A program made the translations under genes and the position numbers. From an uncultured Planctomycetota bacterium (GTDB taxonomy: Bacteria > Planctomycetota > Planctomycetia > Isosphaerales > Isosphaeraceae): a stretch of 64,000 nucleotides of DNA. The stretch covers positions 512,001-576,000 of the forward strand of contig CAWGMQ010000011.1 of assembly GCA_963823665.1 (NCBI GenBank), given 5' to 3'. The notes under the pieces are model-generated. The model was not told where the DNA came from and did not search any database. It saw nothing but the letters and a program-made list of their open reading frames with translations. Position 1 is the first letter of the stretch. Each line of letters opens with the position of its first letter. Of this stretch, positions 11,154-21,367 are shown piece by piece.

Positions 11154-13421
11154 CTAACGCCCGACTGGGAGATGAAGCTGGAGCTCGACGTCGCTCGTCC
11201 CGGGAGGCAGTCGCAATCGAATGAAAGGAACCGGGTCATCCTCCCGGAATTCCTGTTCGATGGCGACCTCGGGTCGGGCCCTGAGATACGGGACGGAGTG
11301 ATACCGCAGCACGACCGTTCCGTCAAGTCCGGGGGTCAGATCACGCAGCCGAAGCACCCCCGCCGCCGCCTCAACCCTGCCCGAACCCTCGAGAAAGTCG
11401 CCTTCAAAGCCCTTTAGCTGCGCGAAGATGAACGTCGCCAGTGGTTGGTCGGATTCCTTGAAAGTCTTCGTTTCCAGGATTTGGACCACGTCCGGGTTAT
11501 CCGAGCAGAACTTTCGCGCGTGGGGTGTCCAGCATAATATGGCCGATGGGCCGTAAAGTTTAGCGTACCGAATGAAGTCTTGCCTGGTCCAGTTTTTCTT
11601 GCCGCATAGTTTTCCTTCGCCGAACTGGGTGAAGTTCGTTTGGAGGGAAGCGTGCAGATAGGGGCCCCCGATCAGCTGAGCGCCGGTGCGTTCCGGCAAG
11701 ATGCCGCTGAGCCGGCCTGCCTGGAACGCGTCCGGAAGGCGCTGGGTGAGGGCCCCGCTTTCGTCGGTGACCTCGACTCCGAACCCTCCCTCCTCGTAGA
11801 GAAGACGCTGGCCCGGCTTGAGATGGCGGGCGACGCAATCGACGATCCATTGGGCTCTCGGCGTGGGGCGGCTCATGAGGATCGAGTTCGTGCACCACGC
11901 GCGGAGCGAAGTAAACGTCGAAAAGCCGCCGGGGTAGCCGATGACGCGCACGCCGATCAGAATGGCGCCGATCATCACCCATCGATCGAGGGCATGGGGC
12001 GCACCGCACAATCGCTTGAGCAACTCTTGAATCATGGCTCCGCAGGAAACCGCAAGCGCGAGGTAGAACGCATAAGTGTGACGGCCGGGCTGGAGGAAAT
12101 CGAGTGACCGGGAGAGGCCGGCGAGGTAGCCCCATGCGAATCCGGCGGCGCAAAAGCCGACGCACGCCCAACCCAGTATCCGATCGCGCCGCAGGAGCAT
12201 GAGCATACCCGGTATGCCCGCGGCGATGAGCAGAGACTCGATGTGTGCCTCAGTGCTGAAGATCTGGCCGAGGCGCCGCAATACTCCCTCGTCATGAGCG
12301 AAGGCAAAACCACTCGGCCCCTTTGTGCTGGCGAGCCAGATTCCCGGGAGCCACCAGAACCAGTTGACGGCCAGAACCACAACGGGAAGCGCCCAGACGC
12401 CGAGGTGACCAAGCGGAGTGAGGCCGCGGACAGGGGCGTGCTCGGCGGCAACGCTCGCTGCACCGCGCTGCCCGGCGCGTTTCTGAGCCGATCGATCCCA
12501 GATTTGCATGAGCACCACCACGAGTGCTGTGTAGGCGATGGCGATCATCCACAACTGGGCATGCGTCAAGGGCACGTACTCGAACAGGGGACAAGCGACA
12601 AGAGCGATCAAAATCGACGTGTTGATGAACGCACCTCGTCGCGAGATTCGAGCGAGGTAGACCATCGCGGCGGCTGGCGCGATCTCCATCGCCGTGGTCA
12701 GATGCACGAGGAACGCGAGGCTCAAGAGCGCGGCGGCGAGTATCCAGTTGGTCGCACTTCCGCGCGCGAGGAGCCGCGCGAAGACGCCGGTCGCGCAGAG
12801 CGCGAGCGGGATCCCCAGAAAATAAGGCACCATGCCGACGGCCGCGTAGCTCAGGGGAAAGTCGGTCCAGATGTAGACGACCGCCAGGAGGACCGCGATC
12901 GCCGTTCCACCGGGAGGAAGTCGCCAGACTGCGCACGCCAGTGCGATCAGCCAGGGGACGGCGGCCGATGCGACGAGCACATAGATCTTGTAGGCGAACT
13001 CGGGGTGTTCGCCTCCGAAAAGGGCGATAACGAGTTCCGGAAGTGTGGACGACGATGGAAAGACGACGCTCTTGGCGTAGCCCGACATGAAGGATGGATC
13101 ATAGCCGGCGGTCGTCCACGACTGCTTCAAGAACGCCCGCGTCACGAGCGCCGAGTGGTAATACAGCGGGTGGTCATTTCGCCACACCGGCCAGCCGTTG
13201 GTCATTCCTGCAAGCCCGCCCAAGCCGAACCAGATGCCGACGCCGTGGGCCGACGAGAGGATCACGATCAAGGCCGGTGCGAGCCATTTTGCCAGCCGCG
13301 AAGGAGTCCGGGTGGGACGGGAGGTCGAGTGACTTTCTGATGTCCGTGCGTAGGGCCGGGTTGGTTGGTCGGTAGGATCGACATCCGCCAGCGGAATTGT
13401 ATCGGCGTCGGCCTCGTGCAT
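11154..13421 (-). CDS. large polytopic membrane protein (possible GT-C fold)
   Basis: 755-aa ORF, many TM segments, DHPLYY and YDPSFMSGY in the first loop. Confidence 0.6.
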   Translation of the reverse strand: MHEADADTIPLADVDPTDQPTRPYARTSESHSTSRPTRTPSRLAKWLAPALIVILSSAHGVGIWFGLGGLAGMTNGWPVWRNDHPLYYHSALVTRAFLKQSWTTAGYDPSFMSGYAKSVVFPSSSTLPELVIALFGGEHPEFAYKIYVLVASAAVPWLIALACAVWRLPPGGTAIAVLLAVVYIWTDFPLSYAAVGMVPYFLGIPLALCATGVFARLLARGSATNWILAAALLSLAFLVHLTTAMEIAPAAAMVYLARISRRGAFINTSILIALVACPLFEYVPLTHAQLWMIAIAYTALVVVLMQIWDRSAQKRAGQRGAASVAAEHAPVRGLTPLGHLGVWALPVVVLAVNWFWWLPGIWLASTKGPSGFAFAHDEGVLRRLGQIFSTEAHIESLLIAAGIPGMLMLLRRDRILGWACVGFCAAGFAWGYLAGLSRSLDFLQPGRHTYAFYLALAVSCGAMIQELLKRLCGAPHALDRWVMIGAILIGVRVIGYPGGFSTFTSLRAWCTNSILMSRPTPRAQWIVDCVARHLKPGQRLLYEEGGFGVEVTDESGALTQRLPDAFQAGRLSGILPERTGAQLIGGPYLHASLQTNFTQFGEGKLCGKKNWTRQDFIRYAKLYGPSAILCWTPHARKFCSDNPDVVQILETKTFKESDQPLATFIFAQLKGFEGDFLEGSGRVEAAAGVLRLRDLTPGLDGTVVLRYHSVPYLRARPEVAIEQEFREDDPVPFIRLRLPPGTSDVELQLHLPVGR

Positions 13422-13542
13422 CGTGCCATTCTAGAATCCCGACCGGGGAGATTCCAGCCGAAGCGATGGAGCGGAAATCGGTCTGCGAGTCGGGCTCAAA
13501 GCGAGAGGATCGAAACGAGGCGCGAGCGCCGATCATTCGGGA

Positions 13543-14388
13543 TCAGAGAACGCGGAGCGTTCTGGGGCGGGGCCCGCGCGGGAAGGCTTCGTCGATCTGG
13601 GCGAGCTCGATCTCGCGCAACCGCAAATCCCCGGCTGCCGCATTTTCGGCGGCGTGTTCTGGGCGGAAGGACTTTGGAATTGCGAAGAGCGCTGGCCGCC
13701 GCACGAGGAAGCGGAGCGCGACCTGCCGGGGAGTTGAGGCGTGACGAGCCGCAATCTCGGAGAGGATGCGGCCGCCTGCGGTGCGGGGACCGGGAAAATC
13801 ACCATGACCGAACGGGCTATAGGCGACGACCGCGATGCCGTGCTGTTCGCACCAGGGAACGACGGCGTGCTCGATCGCACGTTCTTTCAAGTGGTAGAGG
13901 ACCTGATTGCAGGCGATCCGGCCGGCTCCTGCGATCTGGAGTGCCTCCTCGAGGTCGGAAACGTCGAAATTGCTGACACCCCAGGACAGGATCTTACCGT
14001 CGTGTCTGAGCTGTTCGAATGCCGCGAACGTTTCTTCCAAGGGATGGTGGCCGCGCCAGTGCAGGAGATAGCAGTCCAGCCGGTCGGTGCCGAGGCGATC
14101 GAGCGTTGCTTCGCAGGCCTTGATCGTGCCTTTCCTTGATGCGTTCTGGGCCAAAACCTTGGACACCAGGAAGACCTCATCGCGATGACCGGCAATCGCT
14201 TCGGCGACCATCTCTTCGGCGGCGCCGGAGCCGTACATCTCGGCGGTATCGATATGGGTCATGCCCAGCTCGATGCCGCGCCGCAGCGCGGTAATCGCCG
14301 CGGCCCGGTCTGGCGCCTCCGTGTACCAGGTGCCTTTACCGACCAACGGGACCGAGCGATGAATCATGCCGAATGGGCGTCGTTCCAT
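13543..14388 (-). CDS. aldo/keto reductase
   Basis: IDTAEMYGSG, FLVSKV, LDCYLLHW, WGVSNF, NQVLYHL, AYSPFG, AIPKS. Confidence 0.92.
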   Translation of the reverse strand: MERRPFGMIHRSVPLVGKGTWYTEAPDRAAAITALRRGIELGMTHIDTAEMYGSGAAEEMVAEAIAGHRDEVFLVSKVLAQNASRKGTIKACEATLDRLGTDRLDCYLLHWRGHHPLEETFAAFEQLRHDGKILSWGVSNFDVSDLEEALQIAGAGRIACNQVLYHLKERAIEHAVVPWCEQHGIAVVAYSPFGHGDFPGPRTAGGRILSEIAARHASTPRQVALRFLVRRPALFAIPKSFRPEHAAENAAAGDLRLREIELAQIDEAFPRGPRPRTLRVL

Positions 14389-14578
14389 GTCGATCTGCTC
14401 GGAGCTGGGGCGCGAGGAAAAGGAGTTTCTCGCGTTGACTTGGGCCTGGTGCTTGATTGCCTGATTCTTGTGAATGCGCCAGCTTAACAGGGTAGCCGCC
14501 AGGGCGCCGAGCGCCGCGTCAGCGTCGGCGCCCTCCAAGCCGCCCAGAAATGCCCGGACCAGTCGTCCATCACAAGCT

Positions 14579-15400
14579 TCACGGAACGCGCCAGGGCTGG
14601 ACTCCGGCTTGTCGAAAGATCGGATCAAGCCGCCGCGACAGCTCCGGAAGGTTGTGGCTGGGAACCTCGGGGTAGAGGTGGTGCTCGAGGTGATAAGTCA
14701 GCTCCAGGAAGATCGCGGGCACGACCCGCCCTCTGAGCGTGTGCGTTTGCGATAACGGCGTGTTGCCGTAGTGCCGGTGCGGCAGGTGAACGGTCAGCAG
14801 CGGATAAATCCAGCTCCCAACGATCGCCAGGACGGCGTACACCAGCACGGCGGGGCTCCAGGGCAGGAGCCAGACGCCGCCAGTCACGACGACGAAGGAC
14901 CAGGCAGCCTCCGCGACAAGCCATCGCCTCACGTCGCCGCCGGTCCGGCTGCGTGCGAAAGCCCAGTGCCACAGCCGCGGCAAGAAGAGAGGGCCGCACA
15001 TCACTGCCTTCAGCAGGCTCAACCGAGCTGGGTCGCCTTCCGGGTCGTCGGGCCCCGGGAAGATATGGTGATGTCGCAGATGGGTCGACCGGTAAGCGTG
15101 CCCGCTCTCCAAGAGCACGGCGCCCATGGCGAACAGGGTCCAATCGGTTCGACGCCGGGAGAGCCCTAGCGAACCGTGGACGACATCGTGCGTGACAGTG
15201 ACCACAGACACGAAGATCAGGAACACGACGAACGGGGCCAGCCACCAAAGGCCGGCGCGCGCAACCAGGGCGTACGCCGCGACACCGAGGAATGGACGGG
15301 CCAGCGCGAGCCGGCGCTGGTAGCGCGTCGTTGCCAGGAGATCTTCGCCCAGGGACTCCAGAGTCGGCATCTCGGGCTCAATGGGCGCTACAGCATTCAT
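14579..15400 (-). CDS. membrane fatty-acid desaturase/hydroxylase family protein
   Basis: His boxes HDVVH, HLRHH and HLEHH with TM segments. Confidence 0.85.
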   Translation of the reverse strand: MNAVAPIEPEMPTLESLGEDLLATTRYQRRLALARPFLGVAAYALVARAGLWWLAPFVVFLIFVSVVTVTHDVVHGSLGLSRRRTDWTLFAMGAVLLESGHAYRSTHLRHHHIFPGPDDPEGDPARLSLLKAVMCGPLFLPRLWHWAFARSRTGGDVRRWLVAEAAWSFVVVTGGVWLLPWSPAVLVYAVLAIVGSWIYPLLTVHLPHRHYGNTPLSQTHTLRGRVVPAIFLELTYHLEHHLYPEVPSHNLPELSRRLDPIFRQAGVQPWRVP

Positions 15401-16925
15401 ATGAGGCTCCTCGTACTTGGGGGGTCTCGGGTCGTGGGGTGCGGCGCGGCCGGCACGCGCGGGCGAGCACGCCCTCGGCAACAAGGCGACTTCCAAGGCA
15501 ACACGCAACCGTACCCAGGCCCGGCCAGGTGCTGTCGCCGGCAAGCCAGTAGCCGGGAACGCCGATATCGTGTGGAACGGCGCGCTGGTTTGAGTTCGCG
15601 AGAGTCTGCCGGACGCCGCCCACGGCGCCTCGCGGTCGCCCGGTGAACCGCTCGTAGGTCCGCGGAGTCGCCACCTCGTAGACGACGGCGTCCCGACCGA
15701 GCGCGGGATAAATCCGCCTGGCCAGGGAGACCAGGCGCGCGCCCAGCTCGCGTTTCCGTGCGGCGTATGACTCGGGCGAAAGGTCCTGCCACGGATCGAG
15801 TGCGCAGTGTGTCGAAATCATCACCGCGCGGTAGCCCGGCGGGGCGCTTTCCGTATCGCCCGGCGCGGAGACCGACACAAACATGTTGTTGCCATCGCCC
15901 AGCGGCAGCGAGTAGTCGTCGAGGAGCTGGTGGTGGGTGAACGCCTGGCAAGCGACGTCGTCTTCGGGGACGCCCAGGAAGACGACCGCGGCACCGCCCT
16001 GGGCGGCTTCATCGCGGCGGAGGTACGGCGATAGCGCTTCGGCGACCGGCTCCGGACCTATCCTGGCCGCGAGTGCGGCCGGAACGGCAGCGACGACCTG
16101 GCTGGCTTCGACGACACCTCGACGCGTCACGACGCGATAGGCCCCCAGCTTTCCCGCTACCCGCTCGACCGCACAGCCGACACGCAACTCTCCGCCGAGC
16201 TGCCGGTAGCGCGCGATCAAGGCCTTCCAGAAGCCGCGCATGCCGCCTCTCGGCCGCGTCAGCCCGGCGCCTCGGATCGAGATTCCCAGTGCGGCATTGA
16301 TGAGTGGTGCCTCGGCCAAGGTGCCGTGGACCGTGTCCTCGATGAGCATCGCCAGCAGGCCGTGCAGCGCCCGATCGCCGCAGAGCCCGTGTGCCCGCAG
16401 GGCGTCGGCAACCGTCCAGTGGAGGTAGCGAACGAGCGGCAACCCCGCCACGCTGACCGCCCGCACCGCGCGGATCACATCGGCAACGCTCCGGATCGGC
16501 AGCTTGACCCCGCGCCGGCTGGCCCGCCAGAAGCAAGCAGCCAATCGGTCCAGCAGTCCCCAGAAGGCACGGTGTCCGGGCGTGTCTTCCAGCGCGTCGA
16601 GCCGCTCTCGCGACCAGGCGGCCGGGTCGCGGAAGAGGGTCACGGTACGGTCAGGCAGCCAAGCCACGTAACCAGGCAGAGTCTCGCTCTCGATCGGCAT
16701 CATCCCGACGCTCTCGAGCAGCTCGCCGCCGACGCCGCCGGGGCCGAAGTCAACAAGCGTGGTGGCCCCCACGTCGAAGCTGAATCCCTTCCGCCGGAAG
16801 AAGCCGGCGCAGCCGCCGGGCTGGCCGTGTGACTCGAACACGATTGTTGCCAGGCCGCTTGCCTGAAGCCGCAGCGCCGTCGCGGTCCCGGCCAGCCCAC
16901 CCCCGATGTTCGCCACGTCGTACAT
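15378..16925 (-). CDS. phytoene desaturase-like (CrtI/CrtD family) FAD oxidoreductase
   Basis: IGGGLAG, PGGCAGFFRRKGFSFDVGAT, ATPRTYERFT and LAGDSTWPGLG; overlaps the next gene. Confidence 0.85.
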   Translation of the reverse strand: MYDVANIGGGLAGTATALRLQASGLATIVFESHGQPGGCAGFFRRKGFSFDVGATTLVDFGPGGVGGELLESVGMMPIESETLPGYVAWLPDRTVTLFRDPAAWSRERLDALEDTPGHRAFWGLLDRLAACFWRASRRGVKLPIRSVADVIRAVRAVSVAGLPLVRYLHWTVADALRAHGLCGDRALHGLLAMLIEDTVHGTLAEAPLINAALGISIRGAGLTRPRGGMRGFWKALIARYRQLGGELRVGCAVERVAGKLGAYRVVTRRGVVEASQVVAAVPAALAARIGPEPVAEALSPYLRRDEAAQGGAAVVFLGVPEDDVACQAFTHHQLLDDYSLPLGDGNNMFVSVSAPGDTESAPPGYRAVMISTHCALDPWQDLSPESYAARKRELGARLVSLARRIYPALGRDAVVYEVATPRTYERFTGRPRGAVGGVRQTLANSNQRAVPHDIGVPGYWLAGDSTWPGLGTVACCLGSRLVAEGVLARACRPRRTPRPETPQVRGASYECCSAH

Positions 16926-17200
16926 GCCCTTCCCCTCGTCTATCGCGCCCGCGACGAATCCTCCGCTGCGAGCAAAAAGCGCAATCCCCGAGACGCCCGC
17001 GTGCCGACTGCGAGATCCAACGACCACATAACCGCAAAATGCTCGACAAGATTAACCGCAAGCCCGATCGACCCCAATCGAACGGGACATGCATGATGGC
17101 GAGGGGCTAACCGGCAGTTTGCGAATTCGGCAGTGCAAGACTTCCCCCGAGCTGCGCTCGCGCTTGCCTCCCCGCCGCGTTCTTGATGACGTGCGGCGGT

Positions 17201-17830
17201 TCAGGTCCGGCCGCTCCATGGAATCGAGGGTGGGTCGGCGCCCATGACCCGTCGAAGGAGGTTCGGCTCCGCAGCGAGCCACGGCTGGAAACCCGGGTCA
17301 GTCTGCATTTGCTCCGCCAGGGAGGCCCCCCGCTTCTCCTCTTGCTGGATGAACGAGATGATCTCCCGCGTCGCCCACGCCGTCGCGCCGGCGTCCACTC
17401 GTCCCGCCGGATAATACCGTCCCCGAGTCAAAAGCGGCCCCCACACTGATCTCGCCAGAACCCCGTGGGTACGTGGTACGAAGAACAGCGGCAACTGGAC
17501 GTGACAGACCTCAAGCGAGCTGTGACGCAAGTTCTCCTGAAGCAGGTTGGCAAAGGCATTTTCAACAATGCTCCAGCCGCGCCCTTGTGCTAGAAACGGC
17601 GCCGTGACGAAGTACACAACTTGGCGGCAATGTATGATTCCCTCCCGCAACGCCTCAAATGCCTCTTGGCCAGAGGGGTAATGATGCTGATCTAACCACG
17701 GGAAGTATTTGGCATCTTCTAATGCGCTGAATAGAGGCTTTACCAGGCGATCCCGATCTTCCGCACAGTGCGACAGAAAGACGTGATGGGTGCAGCGCGG
17801 CAAATGGCGAACGGTCCAATCACCGATCAT
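17201..17830 (-). CDS. TIR-domain protein
   Basis: VFLSHCAEDR, PWLD, and WSIVE with Glu at the TIR catalytic position. Confidence 0.8.
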   Translation of the reverse strand: MIGDWTVRHLPRCTHHVFLSHCAEDRDRLVKPLFSALEDAKYFPWLDQHHYPSGQEAFEALREGIIHCRQVVYFVTAPFLAQGRGWSIVENAFANLLQENLRHSSLEVCHVQLPLFFVPRTHGVLARSVWGPLLTRGRYYPAGRVDAGATAWATREIISFIQQEEKRGASLAEQMQTDPGFQPWLAAEPNLLRRVMGADPPSIPWSGRT

Positions 17831-18171
17831 TCCGCTGGCCCACGTGTCGGTCGGATCGAAGGCGGGGAAACGAAGGCAGGGACACCCGGCAGAGCGATTT
17901 GACCGTGTGTCACCGCCGCAATCAGCTCCTCGCCGAGAGGCGTCGGGTGCGCGAAAATCTCGTTCTTGATTTTCAGGACGCCGCCATCTGCCATTCTTTC
18001 ACACGCCAGACGAATTTCCGCCAAGTTGTACTTGCCGTTCAACGCAGAATACACCGAAGGGTATGACAGGCCATAGCCGGCCTTTCGCGTCGGATCGAAC
18101 CGCGGAAAGGCTGCGAGGATCTCACGGTAGATTTCCGGCAAACTCTTAACGTAATCAGCGTCTATGGCCAT
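17827..18171 (-). CDS. small hypothetical protein, possibly winged-helix, coupled to the TIR gene
   Basis: GAAGGAG upstream, ATGA overlap with TIR, EIRLACERMADGGVLK...PTPLGEELI pattern. Confidence 0.65.
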   Translation of the reverse strand: MAIDADYVKSLPEIYREILAAFPRFDPTRKAGYGLSYPSVYSALNGKYNLAEIRLACERMADGGVLKIKNEIFAHPTPLGEELIAAVTHGQIALPGVPAFVSPPSIRPTRGPAE

Positions 18172-18279
18172 TACCAAGCTCCTTCGGTCCTTCTAATCCT
18201 TGTGGGCTCGAGCAGAGGATCTTGAGGACGATCGCCAGTGCCATTGTAACCGGCACGTAGGCTGCGGGCTGCATCGTGC

Positions 18280-20001
18280 CTACTTGTGGATCAGCACCGG
18301 GGGCTTGCGGTGCTTCGTGGCCTGCTCGTACGCGAACGCCCATCCCAGCAAGTCGCCGTCCTTCCACGGCCGGGCTGAAAACTCGAGTCCGAACGGTAAT
18401 CCCGTTGGGTAGAACCCGCCGGGCACAACGATCGCAGGCGCGCCGATTGGATTTATCCAGCCGGTCTCGCTGTGCGGTCCGCTGCTGAACTGGCCGGGAA
18501 TCGTCTCGTCGTTTGGCGGCATTTGCGCGGACGGATACACCAGTCCGTCGAGGCGGAAGCGAGCGAACGCATCGTCATAGGCGGCCAGCGCCCTTTTCTG
18601 GGGAGCCCAGAACGTCTTCTCGGCGTCCGGATCGCTCGCGAGCTCGCGCTGCGCCGCGGGCCGCCCGCCGGTGACCATCATCGGCAGCGGGCTTCCAACC
18701 GCTTTCTCGTATTCCGCGGCTGATCGATAGTCCTCCGGACCGAAGTCGCGCAGGAAGTTGTCGAAACCCTCGCGGGCATAGGGCCGCGTGTTGATGGAGT
18801 AAACGAGCGAGAGAAAGCTCTCCGGCAGGAGTGTCTCGTCGATGACGACGGTCGCCCCCGCTTTTCGCAGTTCTTCGAGCGCCCGCATGAACATCTCGCG
18901 AGTGTCCGGCGTGAGCAGCAGGGTGCGGGACCGTTGGCCCGGCGCCGCGGTCTTGAGCATGAAAGCCGGAACGCCGAAGCGCTTGTCCTCGAGCGCGTTG
19001 CTCTTGAGGTAGTTCGTGTACGGCCCGCGCTGCGCCCTGGCGGTCGAGCCGCGCGTGCGCAAGTCGCGCGGGTCTTCTCCGGCCATCACCCCCAGCGCGA
19101 TTGCCGCGTCCGTTACCGTGCGCGTGATCGGTCCCGTGTTGTCGAGAAGCGGATCGAGCGGGTGAATGCCCGCGATGCTCACCAGTCCGCGCGTCGGCAG
19201 GACACCCACGACATTGCTCGTGCCTGACGGCATGCGGATCGAGTTTGACGTGTCGGTGCCGGTGCCAAAGACGGCAAAATTGGCAGCAACCGACGTCACC
19301 GTGCCGCCAGACGATCCGCCTGGGCTATAGCGCCAGTTGTAGGCGTTGCCAGTGCGGCCGCCCGCGCTGCTGTTGGTCGTGTCGCCCGCGGCGAAGTCCG
19401 GCATATTCGTCTGCCCGATGATCACGGCGCCGGCCGCTCGCAGTTTGACGACGACGGAAGCGTCGGCTGGCGCAATGAACTCGTGACCCTTGATCAGATA
19501 GCCCTTCCAGCCGGTGCTCGTGACGAGCCCCTTGATGCTGGTGTTGGCCTTGATCACGACGGGCACGCCCCAGAGTGGGCCGCGGTTGAAAGTCAGGCCG
19601 CCGCTCTCCGCCGCCGCATCCAGACCGGCCGCCGTCACGAGCGCGCCCGCCGCGTCAATGTGCAATAAAGCTTTGTAGACGCCGTCGTAGCGCGCAATGC
19701 GATCCAGGTACCACCGCGTGACCTGCGTGACGGTGTACTTGTGCGAACTGTACATCGATTCGAGCCTCGGAATCGTTACTTCGGCGAGGTCGCGATCGAT
19801 AGCGGCGGCGGTCTGCGAAGTCGTTGTCGATGCCGCATTCGGATCGGCTCCGGCACCAACCTGCGGGCGCTCAACCGAAGCCGCACGTCGTTGAAGCTGC
19901 GTCTGTGCTCGCAGCGCGTTGCTCGGGCAGACTGATGGCGCAAGCAGGAGAGCCACAACCGCGAAGCCGTTGCAGACACTGCGCAAAATCGAATTTGTCA
20001 T
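18280..20001 (-). CDS. secreted amidase-signature family enzyme
   Basis: GPLWGVPVVIK, PGGSSGG, GTDTSNSIRMP; signal-like N-terminus. Confidence 0.9.
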   Translation of the reverse strand: MTNSILRSVCNGFAVVALLLAPSVCPSNALRAQTQLQRRAASVERPQVGAGADPNAASTTTSQTAAAIDRDLAEVTIPRLESMYSSHKYTVTQVTRWYLDRIARYDGVYKALLHIDAAGALVTAAGLDAAAESGGLTFNRGPLWGVPVVIKANTSIKGLVTSTGWKGYLIKGHEFIAPADASVVVKLRAAGAVIIGQTNMPDFAAGDTTNSSAGGRTGNAYNWRYSPGGSSGGTVTSVAANFAVFGTGTDTSNSIRMPSGTSNVVGVLPTRGLVSIAGIHPLDPLLDNTGPITRTVTDAAIALGVMAGEDPRDLRTRGSTARAQRGPYTNYLKSNALEDKRFGVPAFMLKTAAPGQRSRTLLLTPDTREMFMRALEELRKAGATVVIDETLLPESFLSLVYSINTRPYAREGFDNFLRDFGPEDYRSAAEYEKAVGSPLPMMVTGGRPAAQRELASDPDAEKTFWAPQKRALAAYDDAFARFRLDGLVYPSAQMPPNDETIPGQFSSGPHSETGWINPIGAPAIVVPGGFYPTGLPFGLEFSARPWKDGDLLGWAFAYEQATKHRKPPVLIHK

Positions 20002-20165
20002 GGTTCTCGTCGCCCTCTTATCCGTGCTCGCTCCGTGGACACCATGCGAAACTCTTGATGAGCTCGAACTCAGCTCGAGTTGAACAAAACCGCTACACGG
20101 AAGGCAAGAAGGAGCCGCCCATGACGAAGTGGCTCGTTTCTCTGGCGCTATCACCAGATCCGCCG

Positions 20166-21305
20166 CTATGGTTTGTTCCCGGAAGCCCGCTCGGTCTCTC
20201 GCGTGATGCAGAGGGGGGCCTCCTCATTCCAAAGGATTGTCATCGGAGCAAGCCGTAAATCCACGGGATTGGAACCCTTGTTGAGTGCCTCATTGACGGC
20301 GCTCAGGTTTGCGTCGCGACCGGCGATGGCGAAGAATTCTTGGCGGGAAAGTGTGCCTTCGCGCATCGCTTTCCGAGCGAAGGCACACGATTCTTGAAAG
20401 ATGTCGCTCGACTCGAGGTCGATCGACGTGCGCGATACGCCATTGCCCACGATGCAGACCGTTGACACCGCGACACCAAGACTTTCCAGGAGCGGTTTGC
20501 CGAAGGCGATCGGCAACAACAGAGCCATGCGCCGGGCATCGATCAAAGACTGTCCCGCTTCAACGAGAAGTGACTCGATGAGCGCGTCATCGGCCTCAGA
20601 ATGGCGCGCCATCAGACCGATCGCCTGGCCCACGTCCACACCGCCCTGGATCACCAGAAATATGCGGATGCTGAAGAATCCGTCCGCAAGCGGCAGGGGT
20701 AGCGAACGAGCCGCGGCCAGACCGCTCGTCCATTGTTCGTTGTCGAGCAGCAGCTCGAGCATCGTGGGCCGGCGATCCATCTGAGCGTAATAGAGACGCA
20801 CCCAATGCGTTCCTTCCAGGAGCGGCTCCGTCGCGAGGAGCCGGTGAAACGCTTCGATCCAATCCGTACTCATCTCGACAGCGCCGGCGCCGCGGCAAGC
20901 CATGTTGCCGTCGGTGATCGTGCGCGGCACGCCATGATTCGTGATCTTCAGCTCATTTGTCTGCTCGCCACAGTCGAGCCCGAAGAAACGCTTCAGCAGC
21001 ACGTGGAGGGTGTTGTCGCTGAAGACCTGGAGCGACTGGCGAATGCGTTCCTCGCGGGTGTCTGCTATCCCGCTGAACGATTCGCAGATAGCACAACCTG
21101 GCCAGGGTGAAAACCGGATATCGACCTGAGTCGAGCACAGCGGATGGACGTTCTTGAGTGCGAAGATCAACCCTTGGATCTTCCCGGGGTGCTCAGGGAA
21201 TGTGACCCAATCTCCTTCGCTCTGCGCGGCGACGCCATGTGCGCCGAAAAGCGCGATCAGAGTGGCGTGAAGTTCATCAGGCGACGAGCAATCTGGGGCG
21301 TCCAT
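20166..21305 (-). CDS. hypothetical protein (resembles DUF6348 family)
   Basis: 379-aa ORF with ESFSGIAD, HWVRLYYA and ELLLDNEQW; family match from recall only. Confidence 0.6.
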   Translation of the reverse strand: MDAPDCSSPDELHATLIALFGAHGVAAQSEGDWVTFPEHPGKIQGLIFALKNVHPLCSTQVDIRFSPWPGCAICESFSGIADTREERIRQSLQVFSDNTLHVLLKRFFGLDCGEQTNELKITNHGVPRTITDGNMACRGAGAVEMSTDWIEAFHRLLATEPLLEGTHWVRLYYAQMDRRPTMLELLLDNEQWTSGLAAARSLPLPLADGFFSIRIFLVIQGGVDVGQAIGLMARHSEADDALIESLLVEAGQSLIDARRMALLLPIAFGKPLLESLGVAVSTVCIVGNGVSRTSIDLESSDIFQESCAFARKAMREGTLSRQEFFAIAGRDANLSAVNEALNKGSNPVDLRLAPMTILWNEEAPLCITRETERASGNKP

Positions 21306-21367
21306 CCAGAGTCTCGGGCTAAAATATCACAGCGGATGATGTCGTTCATTTCGGACACGAAGCAAAT

